A stretch of DNA of 64,000 bases, from the NCBI GenBank assembly GCA_903916735.1, contig CAIWXX010000120.1:75746-139745 (forward strand), in the 5' to 3' direction. Within the stretch, counting starts at the first letter, position 1, and the number at the start of each line of letters is the position of its first letter. Position numbers and translations under genes: made by a program. The DNA is from an uncultured Acidobacteriota bacterium. GTDB taxonomy: Bacteria; Acidobacteriota; CAIWXX01. Shown piece after piece: positions 1 through 8,250 of this stretch. The notes beneath the pieces are model-generated. The model was not told the DNA's origin, ran no database searches, and worked only from the letters and a program-made list of their open reading frames with translations.

Positions 1-1097
1 AGGTAAAGCTGTCCCGCATGTTTCTGTTCGGTACCGACATGTATCGCAGACGATCGCAGGAGAAGCGGGAACGAGGCCCCCATGATCGCTGTGGGAAGAA
101 TGACGAATTGCAGCGTATTGAAAAAGAGAGCGAAGCTCTGAGCTGCAAATGGCCCAAAATATCCAGTGAAGAAAATGTCCATTGTCCCGGTCCGCAGAGC
201 AAAGCCGTTGAGGAGCCGGTATTGAGCGAAGACGGATGCGGCAAGACAGATCTCGATGACAGCCACAATCATCCGCAATGACACTCGCGCCCGATCAGCC
301 ACGAATCCGCCGATGAAACTGCCGAGGCCGACTCCCATCAAAAACGCCATAAGAAGAATGCTGTAGGCGTAAACCGAGCTTCCGATTTCCAGGACGAGGA
401 TCCGAGTCCAAAAAACCTCGAGCGCCAGCGACGACAAGCCACACATCGCGAACGCCGCCAGGATACGATGTGTTTCGGGGTTCGAAGATGCATCTGATTC
501 GGCCGCTCGATCGGCCGTCGATTCGCGACACATCACTGCAACAAGGCAGACCAACAGATTTCCAACGACCGCAACTGTAATCGTCGCCTTCAATCCAGCG
601 AGCGGAATGAGGAGAAATCCCGAGACGAGCGCTCCGCTGAAGCCCCCAACCGTGTTGATCCCATAGACAAGGCCAGCCACGAGCCCCCGGCGGTCGAAAT
701 CCGCTCGGGCACGCAGGAGCAATGGAAGACTCGCGCCCATCATGAACGTCGGCGGCAGTATCAATGCCGCAAGAATAGCCGTCTGGACAAGACCTTCAGC
801 GACCGGCATTCCTGAAACGGAAGCATAAGCATGGCGTACATTCTCGAGCAGTTGAGTCGCGACGAACCCCCAAAGCCCGACAAGGCCCTCGAGCAATCCA
901 TAGGTCCGGATGGGTCGGTGGATCTCCCACCGGCCGAAGAAATGGGCGCCGAGAGCCAAGCCTCCCATGAACAACGCGAGAATCATTCCTGCCGCCTGGG
1001 ATGTGTTGCCGTAGGTCAGCGCAAGCGCACGCATCCAGACAATTTCATAGATCAGACTGGAGAAGCCGGAAATGAAAACAAGGAGATAAACAATCAT
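1..1097 (-). CDS. Polyamine aminopropyltransferase (spermidine synthase)-like polytopic membrane protein, N-terminal membrane domain; CDS continues past window start (3' truncated)
   Basis: Hand translation of the reverse strand from ATG at 1097: MIVYLLVFISGFSSLIYEIVWMRALALTYGNTSQAAGMILALFMGGLALG... It is an uninterrupted hydrophobic ORF to position 1 (absent from the ORF track because it has no stop within the window). The FxSGxxxLxYExxW N-terminal motif is typical of membrane-fused spermidine synthase family proteins. Confidence 0.55.
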   Translation of the reverse strand, partial: MIVYLLVFISGFSSLIYEIVWMRALALTYGNTSQAAGMILALFMGGLALGAHFFGRWEIHRPIRTYGLLEGLVGLWGFVATQLLENVRHAYASVSGMPVAEGLVQTAILAALILPPTFMMGASLPLLLRARADFDRRGLVAGLVYGINTVGGFSGALVSGFLLIPLAGLKATITVAVVGNLLVCLVAVMCRESTADRAAESDASSNPETHRILAAFAMCGLSSLALEVFWTRILVLEIGSSVYAYSILLMAFLMGVGLGSFIGGFVADRARVSLRMIVAVIEICLAASVFAQYRLLNGFALRTGTMDIFFTGYFGPFAAQSFALFFNTLQFVILPTAIMGASFPLLLRSSAIHVGTEQKHAGQLY

Positions 1098-1307
1098 TGA
1101 GATATGCTACATCGAATGAGCATCCTGATACTATATTCCTCGTTCTAACCGGATTCCGCGCTCTCCTATTCTTGCCATATCATGGCAGGTTGAGGAGTCA
1201 GCTCAACTGGCCGATAAGAATCCACGCGCGGAATCAAGTGAGCCCTGCGCCCAGGCTATTTTCCAAGACGCCGCCACACGATCTGTTACGTTCGACAGCC
1301 GGATGTT

Positions 1308-1709
1308 TCACCGATCGGGTAGGTTGACCTGGCCGCGAAGCTGCCCGCCTTCAGCGATGATGATTTTGGGCGAATTGAGAGCGCCATCCATGACGCCTGA
1401 ATCGAGTATCTTCACCTTGGTTTCAGCGGTCACAGCGCCGGTGACATGCCCGGCAATCGTCACCGTCGACGCCTTGATTTCGCCTTCAACGTACCCTTCG
1501 ATTCCAACAAAGAGGCTCTTCTTGACGTTAATTTCGCCCTTAAACCGCCCTTCGATTGTCACATCCTCTTCGCCGGCGATCCTTCCTTCGAGCCTCACGC
1601 TTTGGCCAATAAATGAATTGGTTCGTTCTTTTTCCGGCTGCTGCGATACCACCCGATCCATACGCTGGTCAGGAACCGACGCATCTTTCTTTTGATCTTT
1701 GAACAGCAT
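1308..1709 (-). CDS. Bactofilin (polymer-forming cytoskeletal protein, DUF583/CcmA family)
   Basis: 133 aa with repetitive beta-helix pattern (VTIEGRFKGEINVKKSLFVGIEGYVEGEIKASTVTIAGHVTGAVTAETKVKILDSGVMDG). The start overlaps the stop of the upstream peptidase gene (1709/1711), so the two are likely translationally coupled. Confidence 0.8.
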   Translation of the reverse strand: MLFKDQKKDASVPDQRMDRVVSQQPEKERTNSFIGQSVRLEGRIAGEEDVTIEGRFKGEINVKKSLFVGIEGYVEGEIKASTVTIAGHVTGAVTAETKVKILDSGVMDGALNSPKIIIAEGGQLRGQVNLPDR

Positions 1710-1710
1710 T

Positions 1711-3222
1711 CTAGTTCTCCTCTCGCTGGACGATCATATACACCTCGCCGATCATCCGTCCGAATCGAGTGACACGGATCGGGTAAGTCCGACCTTCTCC
1801 GCCCATGGAGAAAGCCGGCAATAGAACATCAGTATCAATATCCTGGCCGCGATCCTCGCCATCTCCGCGGCCGCGGTAACCGAGAACGTTGACCTTCACT
1901 CCAGACTCGATGCCGAGGTCAATACCGATTACCTTCAGTCGGCTATGTGCGGGAATCTCGACGGCACATCCAGGCTCGATGCACATCACACCCTGTGGCG
2001 TCTCAAGGGTCACTGATTTCAATGCCGGCTCGACAAATCGAAGAACTACAGTGCCCGCGTCTTTTTTATTCCGGTACAATTTGACAATAAAAGAGTCACC
2101 CTTCTTATCCACAGAATGCTCGGCCATGAGATCTCGACCGGTATCGATGATGTAACCGTTATCACATCCATGATTGCTATTTGGATCGGGGACAAATCCG
2201 ATGACATTGACACGGGTGAGGGGATCATTGGCAAACCGGATCCGTTCACCTCGAACCAACCATAGATCCGTTCCAGCTTTCGCCTGCCTCGCGATACCAT
2301 CGATATCATACCTGAGCATCATCGTTTCGGCGGAACGCGGTGTGCAGGGAATCGATAGAGCAGGCTGAAGCTGCGAAGGAGATCTCCTGACGGCAGGATG
2401 TGTCGGCGGATGAGTCAGTATCGAATCGTCCGGTCCCAGACCATAGTGCATCAGGAATTCGTGAACCACCATCAGCTGATAGCTGGCTTTGACCTCGTCA
2501 CTAGCAAGGTTTTTCGATGTTTCAACACCGAAGGCCGGGATGCCGCAATGACTGACGGCGTAGTAGGTGGCGGATTTGCGCTGCTCCGGATGTTTCGTCC
2601 ATGGCTCCGCCGTCTCATGATTTGAAAAATGAAAGAGATCGTCGCTTTTCAGGATTCTCTGATTGATTCTTGTCAGGACCGTTTCAGCAGGATCCTGCAA
2701 AGGAACTGTCAATCCATATTTCCGTGAAAAAAACTCACGGCAGTCAGCGATAACGGATTGCCCATAGCAGGATGGATTCCGAAGCGCGCTACGATAAATG
2801 GGGTCGTAATAACCGGATCCATCATGGAGGTTCAGGAGAAGATCCGCCTGGGCGATATACGACTTGATGACCGAAACGATTTGACCATCGACTCCTGCAG
2901 GTTTCTCTTCACTCCCGAATTGTCGGTTCAGATCCACTCCGATCTCCCGAAGATGGGTCTGGATCGCCCGTGCGTTGGTATGGGGAATCACAATGAGGAT
3001 GCCATTGCTGATCCGAAGCTCCCGCAGCTTCTCCGCTGCCATGTAGGCGCCTGGTTCGTTTCCATGAATACCGCCCAGAACAAGCACAGTCCGCCCCGCT
3101 TCAGGGGCCCGCTGAATATACACATCCAAGCGATGATCCGTCCGCTCGAAATAGCCGACATGATACTGCCCCGGACTCGTGGGAAGAGATGTGAGAAGAA
3201 TCAGAGAGAGCAGCGGTATCAT
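1711..3222 (-). CDS. Secreted zinc carboxypeptidase-like protein, M14 / AstE-AspA (succinylglutamate desuccinylase/aspartoacylase) fold N-terminal domain plus ~250 aa C-terminal domain of unknown function
   Basis: N-terminal signal-peptide-like MIPLLSLILLTSLPTSPG. It carries the LVLGGIHGNEPG zinc-binding motif and NLHDGSGYYDP characteristic of the M14/AstE_AspA superfamily, the family of MpaA, Csd4 and Pgp1 peptidoglycan peptidases. 503 aa. Confidence 0.7.
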   Translation of the reverse strand: MIPLLSLILLTSLPTSPGQYHVGYFERTDHRLDVYIQRAPEAGRTVLVLGGIHGNEPGAYMAAEKLRELRISNGILIVIPHTNARAIQTHLREIGVDLNRQFGSEEKPAGVDGQIVSVIKSYIAQADLLLNLHDGSGYYDPIYRSALRNPSCYGQSVIADCREFFSRKYGLTVPLQDPAETVLTRINQRILKSDDLFHFSNHETAEPWTKHPEQRKSATYYAVSHCGIPAFGVETSKNLASDEVKASYQLMVVHEFLMHYGLGPDDSILTHPPTHPAVRRSPSQLQPALSIPCTPRSAETMMLRYDIDGIARQAKAGTDLWLVRGERIRFANDPLTRVNVIGFVPDPNSNHGCDNGYIIDTGRDLMAEHSVDKKGDSFIVKLYRNKKDAGTVVLRFVEPALKSVTLETPQGVMCIEPGCAVEIPAHSRLKVIGIDLGIESGVKVNVLGYRGRGDGEDRGQDIDTDVLLPAFSMGGEGRTYPIRVTRFGRMIGEVYMIVQREEN

Positions 3223-3227
3223 GAGCT

Positions 3228-4682
3228 TTATAGGGGGAGGTCGGAACTGAAAACTTCCCTGCCATCACGGTCGAACGCGTGAATCTTAACCAACACCGGA
3301 ACGAAAGGCACCTGGAACTCGGTATCGACTTGCTTGTACCGGCTGATTCTAAAAGAAATCCCCCGCCTGAACTCCAGACGCATATCAGAAACAACCCAAT
3401 CGGCCGGGTAAATCATCTTGGATGATCCATCCGCGGATGAAGCAATCAGAAATAGGAATCCCCGCAGCTCGCTCCCGAGTTCGCCGCTATTCACCAGGCG
3501 AAACCCGATCCGATATCCTCCATTGGCAAGAGCCGAAAATTGAACGTCTTGAAGCTGAATTACGGCGCCAGGTGCTTCAGGAATGGTTGCCTGTGGGGGA
3601 GGCGGCGGCGTGGATGTCGTCGAAGCATCTTCCTTAATTTCTTCCGGCTGTGGCTGCACCGTCGTCGTGCTTTGAGCGGGCGGCGTCACAGGCCCGGATG
3701 GCAGATGATCCGCATGCGATACGGGAGATCCCGTCACAGATGGCCGGCTTCGGGTTGACCGGTAATAGAAAGCTGCAATGACGGCGAGCACGGCGCAAAC
3801 CGCGAGAATTCCGCCGCGCTTTGCATTCCGTCGAAATGATAGCTGCCGGTCCAGGGCGCTGATCCTGGACGATTCATTACGGAAGAAAAAATCTGGAGGC
3901 AATGCAGGCTCAATCGCTGCTCCCTCGCTATTCCTTTGCGATGAAACCGCTGCCAGCGCACTCACGGGAGGCGGTGTTTCAGCGGCCATCGGATCATCAG
4001 AGACAATCAGCTTGTGTAGTTTTTGAAGGCCATTCAACATCCGCAACAGCTCGAGCTCCTCCATCAACCCAAGACCGATTAATTTACGAATGGAGTAGCG
4101 TCCGTTGAGGAGTGGCAGGATTTCCTTTTCCTTCGGGAGGAAATCAATCCCCTTGCCTTGGTCAGGGCCATTCATCATGAACTTGATATAGCTCTTGAGA
4201 TTAAGAACCTGACGAAGAAGGATGGCACTGCCCATGCGCCGCGCCCCTTCCATCACAATATTCGGGGTTTGAAAATTGAGACGCAGAACCTCGTCTCTTT
4301 CGAGTTCCCTCTGCTTGAAACTGTAGTCGAGGCCCTCCAACTGGAAGAGACTGTAAATGATCCGAGTCGCCTGAAATTTGATGCCCCAATACAAATCCTC
4401 GGGGGAGAGGAATCCTTTATAGACGAGCACGGTGCCGAGCATGGTGCATGCATTCATCAGCTTCTCAGCATCGATCAACTGTTCAGGCGAAATTTTCTCG
4501 GCCTCGATGAGCAGGTTGCCAAGGCTGTCCTGAGGGAGATTTGAAACAGCGAAAATAATCCGCCCTTGCTCGAAATAAACCTTTTTTTCGAAGGCCTCGC
4601 CCTTCACGAGCAGCTCGCCTGTTGCCTTTTCAAGGTAGAGGCGGCTGATCTCGCCGAGAAGTGCTAGCTCTTTGTTTTCCAT
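3228..4682 (-). CDS. DUF4388-domain single-pass membrane protein with Pro/Thr-rich linker and periplasmic C-terminal domain
   Basis: N-terminal ~110 aa matches the DUF4388 pattern (LGEISRLYLEKATGELLVKGE...KVYFEQGRIIFAVSN...LGNLLIEAEKISPEQL). One hydrophobic segment (GILAVCAVLAVIAAFYY), a PTPPAQSTTTVQPQP...TPPPPPQ linker, then ~140 aa C-terminal domain. Confidence 0.6.
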   Translation of the reverse strand: MENKELALLGEISRLYLEKATGELLVKGEAFEKKVYFEQGRIIFAVSNLPQDSLGNLLIEAEKISPEQLIDAEKLMNACTMLGTVLVYKGFLSPEDLYWGIKFQATRIIYSLFQLEGLDYSFKQRELERDEVLRLNFQTPNIVMEGARRMGSAILLRQVLNLKSYIKFMMNGPDQGKGIDFLPKEKEILPLLNGRYSIRKLIGLGLMEELELLRMLNGLQKLHKLIVSDDPMAAETPPPVSALAAVSSQRNSEGAAIEPALPPDFFFRNESSRISALDRQLSFRRNAKRGGILAVCAVLAVIAAFYYRSTRSRPSVTGSPVSHADHLPSGPVTPPAQSTTTVQPQPEEIKEDASTTSTPPPPPQATIPEAPGAVIQLQDVQFSALANGGYRIGFRLVNSGELGSELRGFLFLIASSADGSSKMIYPADWVVSDMRLEFRRGISFRISRYKQVDTEFQVPFVPVLVKIHAFDRDGREVFSSDLPL

Positions 4683-6109
4683 ACCAAATTGGCAGAGGCA
4701 GTGTCACCTCCGCTGAGACTGCGTTCACCCGATAGAGGGAAATCCTTGATGAGCAGAGGATTTCCAGAATGATCGAAGACACAGACTTTCACATTCAGCG
4801 GCGTCAGTCCAATGCCTTGCGGAAGCGAGAAATTAGCATGCACAATCTTGAAGTAGCGAATGGCATAATACTCACCATTCTTAAAGAGATCGGAAGGCAT
4901 CAGATTGTTAGAGAGATTCATCTGGGGATAGACGATCTGGCGCAGCTGACCGCCAACGCCGAGATTGACAAGCACGCTCAAATGCCCAACCAGCCTACCG
5001 CCATCCATGACATTGTTATGAAGCTCAAAGTCAACTCCCAACGAGCCGGGACGAAGCTCGCTGGCTCGAAGCGCGCTGATGCGAACCATGCGAGTATCGG
5101 TGCCAAAAAGCGACGTCACCATTGTCACCGCCGCAGGCAGAACGACGGCAGGCGCGGACGGGATCAGCACCGGCGGATGAGCGCGCGCCATGATCACCGG
5201 GTAGGCCTGAAAACTCTTCAGAGGCTCCCATTCCTCTCCGATGATTTTCCACGTTCCTCCTAATCGCCACAGATGCAATGTCTTGTACCCGGCATTTGAC
5301 ATCAGAGAAGAATTGAAGTCCTGAAAAAAGTGGACGACCGTGCGTGAATCCAATCGATAGATCTGCATATCGGAAAAGGCGACCCGGATGTTTGTCGAAT
5401 GAGCGAAAACCGATCGCTTATGAGCCATGAACTGCTTGAATGTCATCCCGCGGCCATGAAAATGATCACTATAGAGATTGAGATAGGCATCTGCATCGCC
5501 ATGCATCCAAGCCGATCGCCACCGCTCGATGAACTCTTCCAACTCAGACCGGCGTCTCTGAACCTCATCATTGGTGATTTCATCGATTCGCTTCCCAACA
5601 ATGATCGGTGTATACCTCAGAACGACGGCCTTTCGCAGCTCAATGAAATGATCATTCCTGACAACGACACATCCTCTTGTGTTGTAAGGCTCCGAAATCC
5701 GATTGGGTTCGTTTGTTGCGTGAAGCCAGATCCCATCGCCGTTTTTCCCTTCCAGCTGGTCGAACGGATTCGGATAGTCCATGACGGCCGCTCCGATACC
5801 ATACTCGGCCGGCAAGCTTGATCCATCAATGAATCGAGTGAAAAAGTAAACTCCCTCTGGAGTTTTCAAATCACCTTCGCGTCGCTTGTCACCAACGCCT
5901 TTCCCGGTCGTCGCCTGGTAAGATTTGACAAGTACCGGCGAACCATGGTCCCAGCGATAGAGACCGAGCAGGTGCCGTTCTTTATCAACAAGAATAGCAT
6001 TCGCCCCATTCTCCATTCGAAGCAGTGGCTCCGGTGTCCCTGCCGGGAGAGAATTCCATGGGGATAGGTTCAGCACGCAAAGAGTTGCCAATAAGGAAGC
6101 ACGTTTCAT
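4664..6109 (-). CDS. L,D-transpeptidase (YkuD domain) with C-terminal NTF2/SnoaL-like domain; signal peptide
   Basis: YkuD catalytic signature GDLKTPEGVYFF...GIWLHATN...TRGCVVV (His...Cys). The probable start is MKRASLLATLCVLNLS at 6109 (ORF track start 6157). The 3' end overlaps the next gene by 19 nt. Confidence 0.75.
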   Translation of the reverse strand: MKRASLLATLCVLNLSPWNSLPAGTPEPLLRMENGANAILVDKERHLLGLYRWDHGSPVLVKSYQATTGKGVGDKRREGDLKTPEGVYFFTRFIDGSSLPAEYGIGAAVMDYPNPFDQLEGKNGDGIWLHATNEPNRISEPYNTRGCVVVRNDHFIELRKAVVLRYTPIIVGKRIDEITNDEVQRRRSELEEFIERWRSAWMHGDADAYLNLYSDHFHGRGMTFKQFMAHKRSVFAHSTNIRVAFSDMQIYRLDSRTVVHFFQDFNSSLMSNAGYKTLHLWRLGGTWKIIGEEWEPLKSFQAYPVIMARAHPPVLIPSAPAVVLPAAVTMVTSLFGTDTRMVRISALRASELRPGSLGVDFELHNNVMDGGRLVGHLSVLVNLGVGGQLRQIVYPQMNLSNNLMPSDLFKNGEYYAIRYFKIVHANFSLPQGIGLTPLNVKVCVFDHSGNPLLIKDFPLSGERSLSGGDTASANLVWKTKS

Positions 6110-6443
6110 TTGCGCGGCCACTTGATGATTAGTATAGCCACAGATTGAACCGGCCATATTCTACCTTACACATTATCAAATGTGAAGCCGAAAGATGCAG
6201 ATGATCTTTTCCCCTGTCGCGATTCCCTCCGTTGTCGAGCATCAGGAGAGGGCAGGATGAAACAGCGGAAATATAAGAGAGTTGACAAAAAACCGCTCCG
6301 TGTGAGCTCATTTGTATGAACACTTGATGAAAGCTCCCATGCATCATCGCCCATCGCGGATTGACAGCATGATTGGTGCCGACTAAACGACTCGGAGAAC
6401 CGCCGTTGGCAGCATGTTGCTGCTATCCGTGTGCATGCCGGGC

Positions 6444-6938
6444 TTAGCTCATTGCCTCAACGCAAAAAAGAGGGCGGAGCTTTTGATACGTCTGGTCGAG
6501 GTCTTCGATGAGGACTCTGGTTTCTGAAACCACGGTGACGTAATTGGTATCACCATACCATCGGGGAACGATGTGGAGGTGATAGTGATCCAGGACCCCG
6601 GCTCCAGCACACTGCCCGAGATTCATTCCAATGTTGAAACCCTGCGGGCCATAGGCAGCCGTGAGGACTCGCTGGCAGGTCTTGAGCAGATCCATCAACT
6701 CGTCAGTCTGCTCTTTCGGTGAATCGGTGGGCGACGAAAGATGGCTAAAGGGAACGATCATGAGATGCCCATTGTTGTATGGATAGATGTTCATGATCAC
6801 AAAGTTCCATCGGCCACGGTGCAGGATATGCGCCCGTTCATCATCTTCCATCGCCGGTGCATGACAGAAGGCACAGCCCGCAGGCGGCGAGGCTTTTGTC
6901 ACGTACGCCATTCTCCACGGAGCCCAGAGATGCTCCAT
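6444..6938 (-). CDS. HIT (histidine triad) family protein
   Basis: HYHLHIVPR histidine-triad motif and the LWAPWRMAYV N-terminus typical of HIT hydrolases/phosphorylases; 164 aa. Confidence 0.8.
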   Translation of the reverse strand: MEHLWAPWRMAYVTKASPPAGCAFCHAPAMEDDERAHILHRGRWNFVIMNIYPYNNGHLMIVPFSHLSSPTDSPKEQTDELMDLLKTCQRVLTAAYGPQGFNIGMNLGQCAGAGVLDHYHLHIVPRWYGDTNYVTVVSETRVLIEDLDQTYQKLRPLFCVEAMS

Positions 6939-6948
6939 CGGGGTTCGA

Positions 6949-7227
6949 TCAGGACTCTTCGATGAGCTGCTTGAGCTCTTTGCTGGCTTTGAAATAAGGG
7001 ATCATTTTTTCCGGCACTTGGACCGATTCGCCGGTCCGCGGATTCCTCGCAGTCCGAGCAGGACGTTTCTTGACACGGAACGAGCCAAACCCGCGCAGCT
7101 CGACCTTGTCTTCCTTTTTGAGAGCATCCACGATGGCCCCGAAAAATGCATCCACAATCGTTTCCGCCTCGGTGTGGTTGACCCCCAGTTTTCGGCTCAG
7201 TTCTTCGACGAGCTGCATTCTGGTCAT
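6949..7227 (-). CDS. HU/IHF family DNA-binding protein (IHF beta-like)
   Basis: VELRGFGSFRVKKRPARTARNPRTGESVQVPEKMIPYFKASKELK matches the IHF/HU beta-arm signature (RGFGSF...R.GRNP.TGE). Synteny downstream of rpsA, as with ihfB in E. coli. Confidence 0.8.
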   Translation of the reverse strand: MTRMQLVEELSRKLGVNHTEAETIVDAFFGAIVDALKKEDKVELRGFGSFRVKKRPARTARNPRTGESVQVPEKMIPYFKASKELKQLIEES

Positions 7228-8223
7228 CTACTTCTCCAGCTGTTCTAACGGTTTCATGGTCCAACGATATTCAAGGACCGGTTCAACTTTCCCGTGGATG
7301 GGAAGGAACCGTTCCAAATTCCCAAAGAGGATATCGAAAAGCGTCACTTTCTCCTTGGCGGGCTCGACAATCTTCGGCTCGCCTTTGAGGCCGGCGAGTT
7401 TTGAGGCCAGTGTAATTGCATCCTGGAGGTTGCCGATCTCATCGACGAGTCCGAGCTTCTTGGCATGAGCTCCGCTATAGGCACGGCCGTCAGCGAGACG
7501 CTTCACTTCCTCGATCGGCATTTTCCGACCTTCAGCGACGCTCTCGACAAATTGCTCGTGCATCTCATTGATGAGCTCCTGGAAGTATTGCTTCTCTTCC
7601 TCGGAGGGATCCCGAACCGGCGAGCCGGCGGCCTTCATGGCGCCGCTCTTAAAAGTGACGTCTTTCAACTTTGCCCAGCGATAGAGATCTCCATAGTTGG
7701 TCCAATTTGCGATGACGCCGATGGAGCCGGTCAGGGAGCCCGCATTGGCCACAATTTTCGTCGCGCCACAGGCGATGTAATAGGCGCCCGACGCGCCGAC
7801 CGTGCTGATTGAGGCGACCACAGGTTTTTGGGAAGTATCACGGACGCGCTTGACTTCCTCGTAAATTTCCTGAGACGCGGCGACACCCCCACCCGGGCTG
7901 TTCAGACGAACCACAATCGCCCGGATCGATGTATCCTTTGCGTATTTCCGAATCAAATCGACAGTTTCTCGAGGCTCTTCAATAACGCCGGTCACTTCGA
8001 CAAGCGCAACCTTGTCTCCACCGAAATTCAGATCCAGGTTGTCACCCTGACCAAAACTTGAAGCAAGCAGAATCAACAGACTGATAAAGACGATAAAGAT
8101 GGCGAAGACTCCGCCCAGGAAAAGGAAGAGTTTTCTTCGTGATCGAGACGGAGTGATCGACGGCGGCGGTGTTAGGGGCGGAGGAGGTGGGGGTGGGTAA
8201 ACCTCAAATCCGCCGTCAGACAC
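7228..8223 (-). CDS. sppA: Signal peptide peptidase SppA (S49, 36K type)
   Basis: N-terminal Pro-rich region then one TM, S49 fold motifs (IVVRLNSPGGGVAASQEIYEEV...GSIGVIANW...AKKLGLVDEIG); 331 aa. Confidence 0.8.
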   Translation of the reverse strand: MSDGGFEVYPPPPPPPLTPPPSITPSRSRRKLFLFLGGVFAIFIVFISLLILLASSFGQGDNLDLNFGGDKVALVEVTGVIEEPRETVDLIRKYAKDTSIRAIVVRLNSPGGGVAASQEIYEEVKRVRDTSQKPVVASISTVGASGAYYIACGATKIVANAGSLTGSIGVIANWTNYGDLYRWAKLKDVTFKSGAMKAAGSPVRDPSEEEKQYFQELINEMHEQFVESVAEGRKMPIEEVKRLADGRAYSGAHAKKLGLVDEIGNLQDAITLASKLAGLKGEPKIVEPAKEKVTLFDILFGNLERFLPIHGKVEPVLEYRWTMKPLEQLEK

Positions 8224-8250
8224 CTGATCTTCTCCGATACGATGTGATTT

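Noticed and set aside
6398-6416. Sigma54-promoter-like TTGGCAGCATGTTGCT
   Set aside because: GG-to-GC spacing is one nucleotide short of the TGGCAC-N5-TTGC consensus, and it points into the 3' end of a convergent gene.
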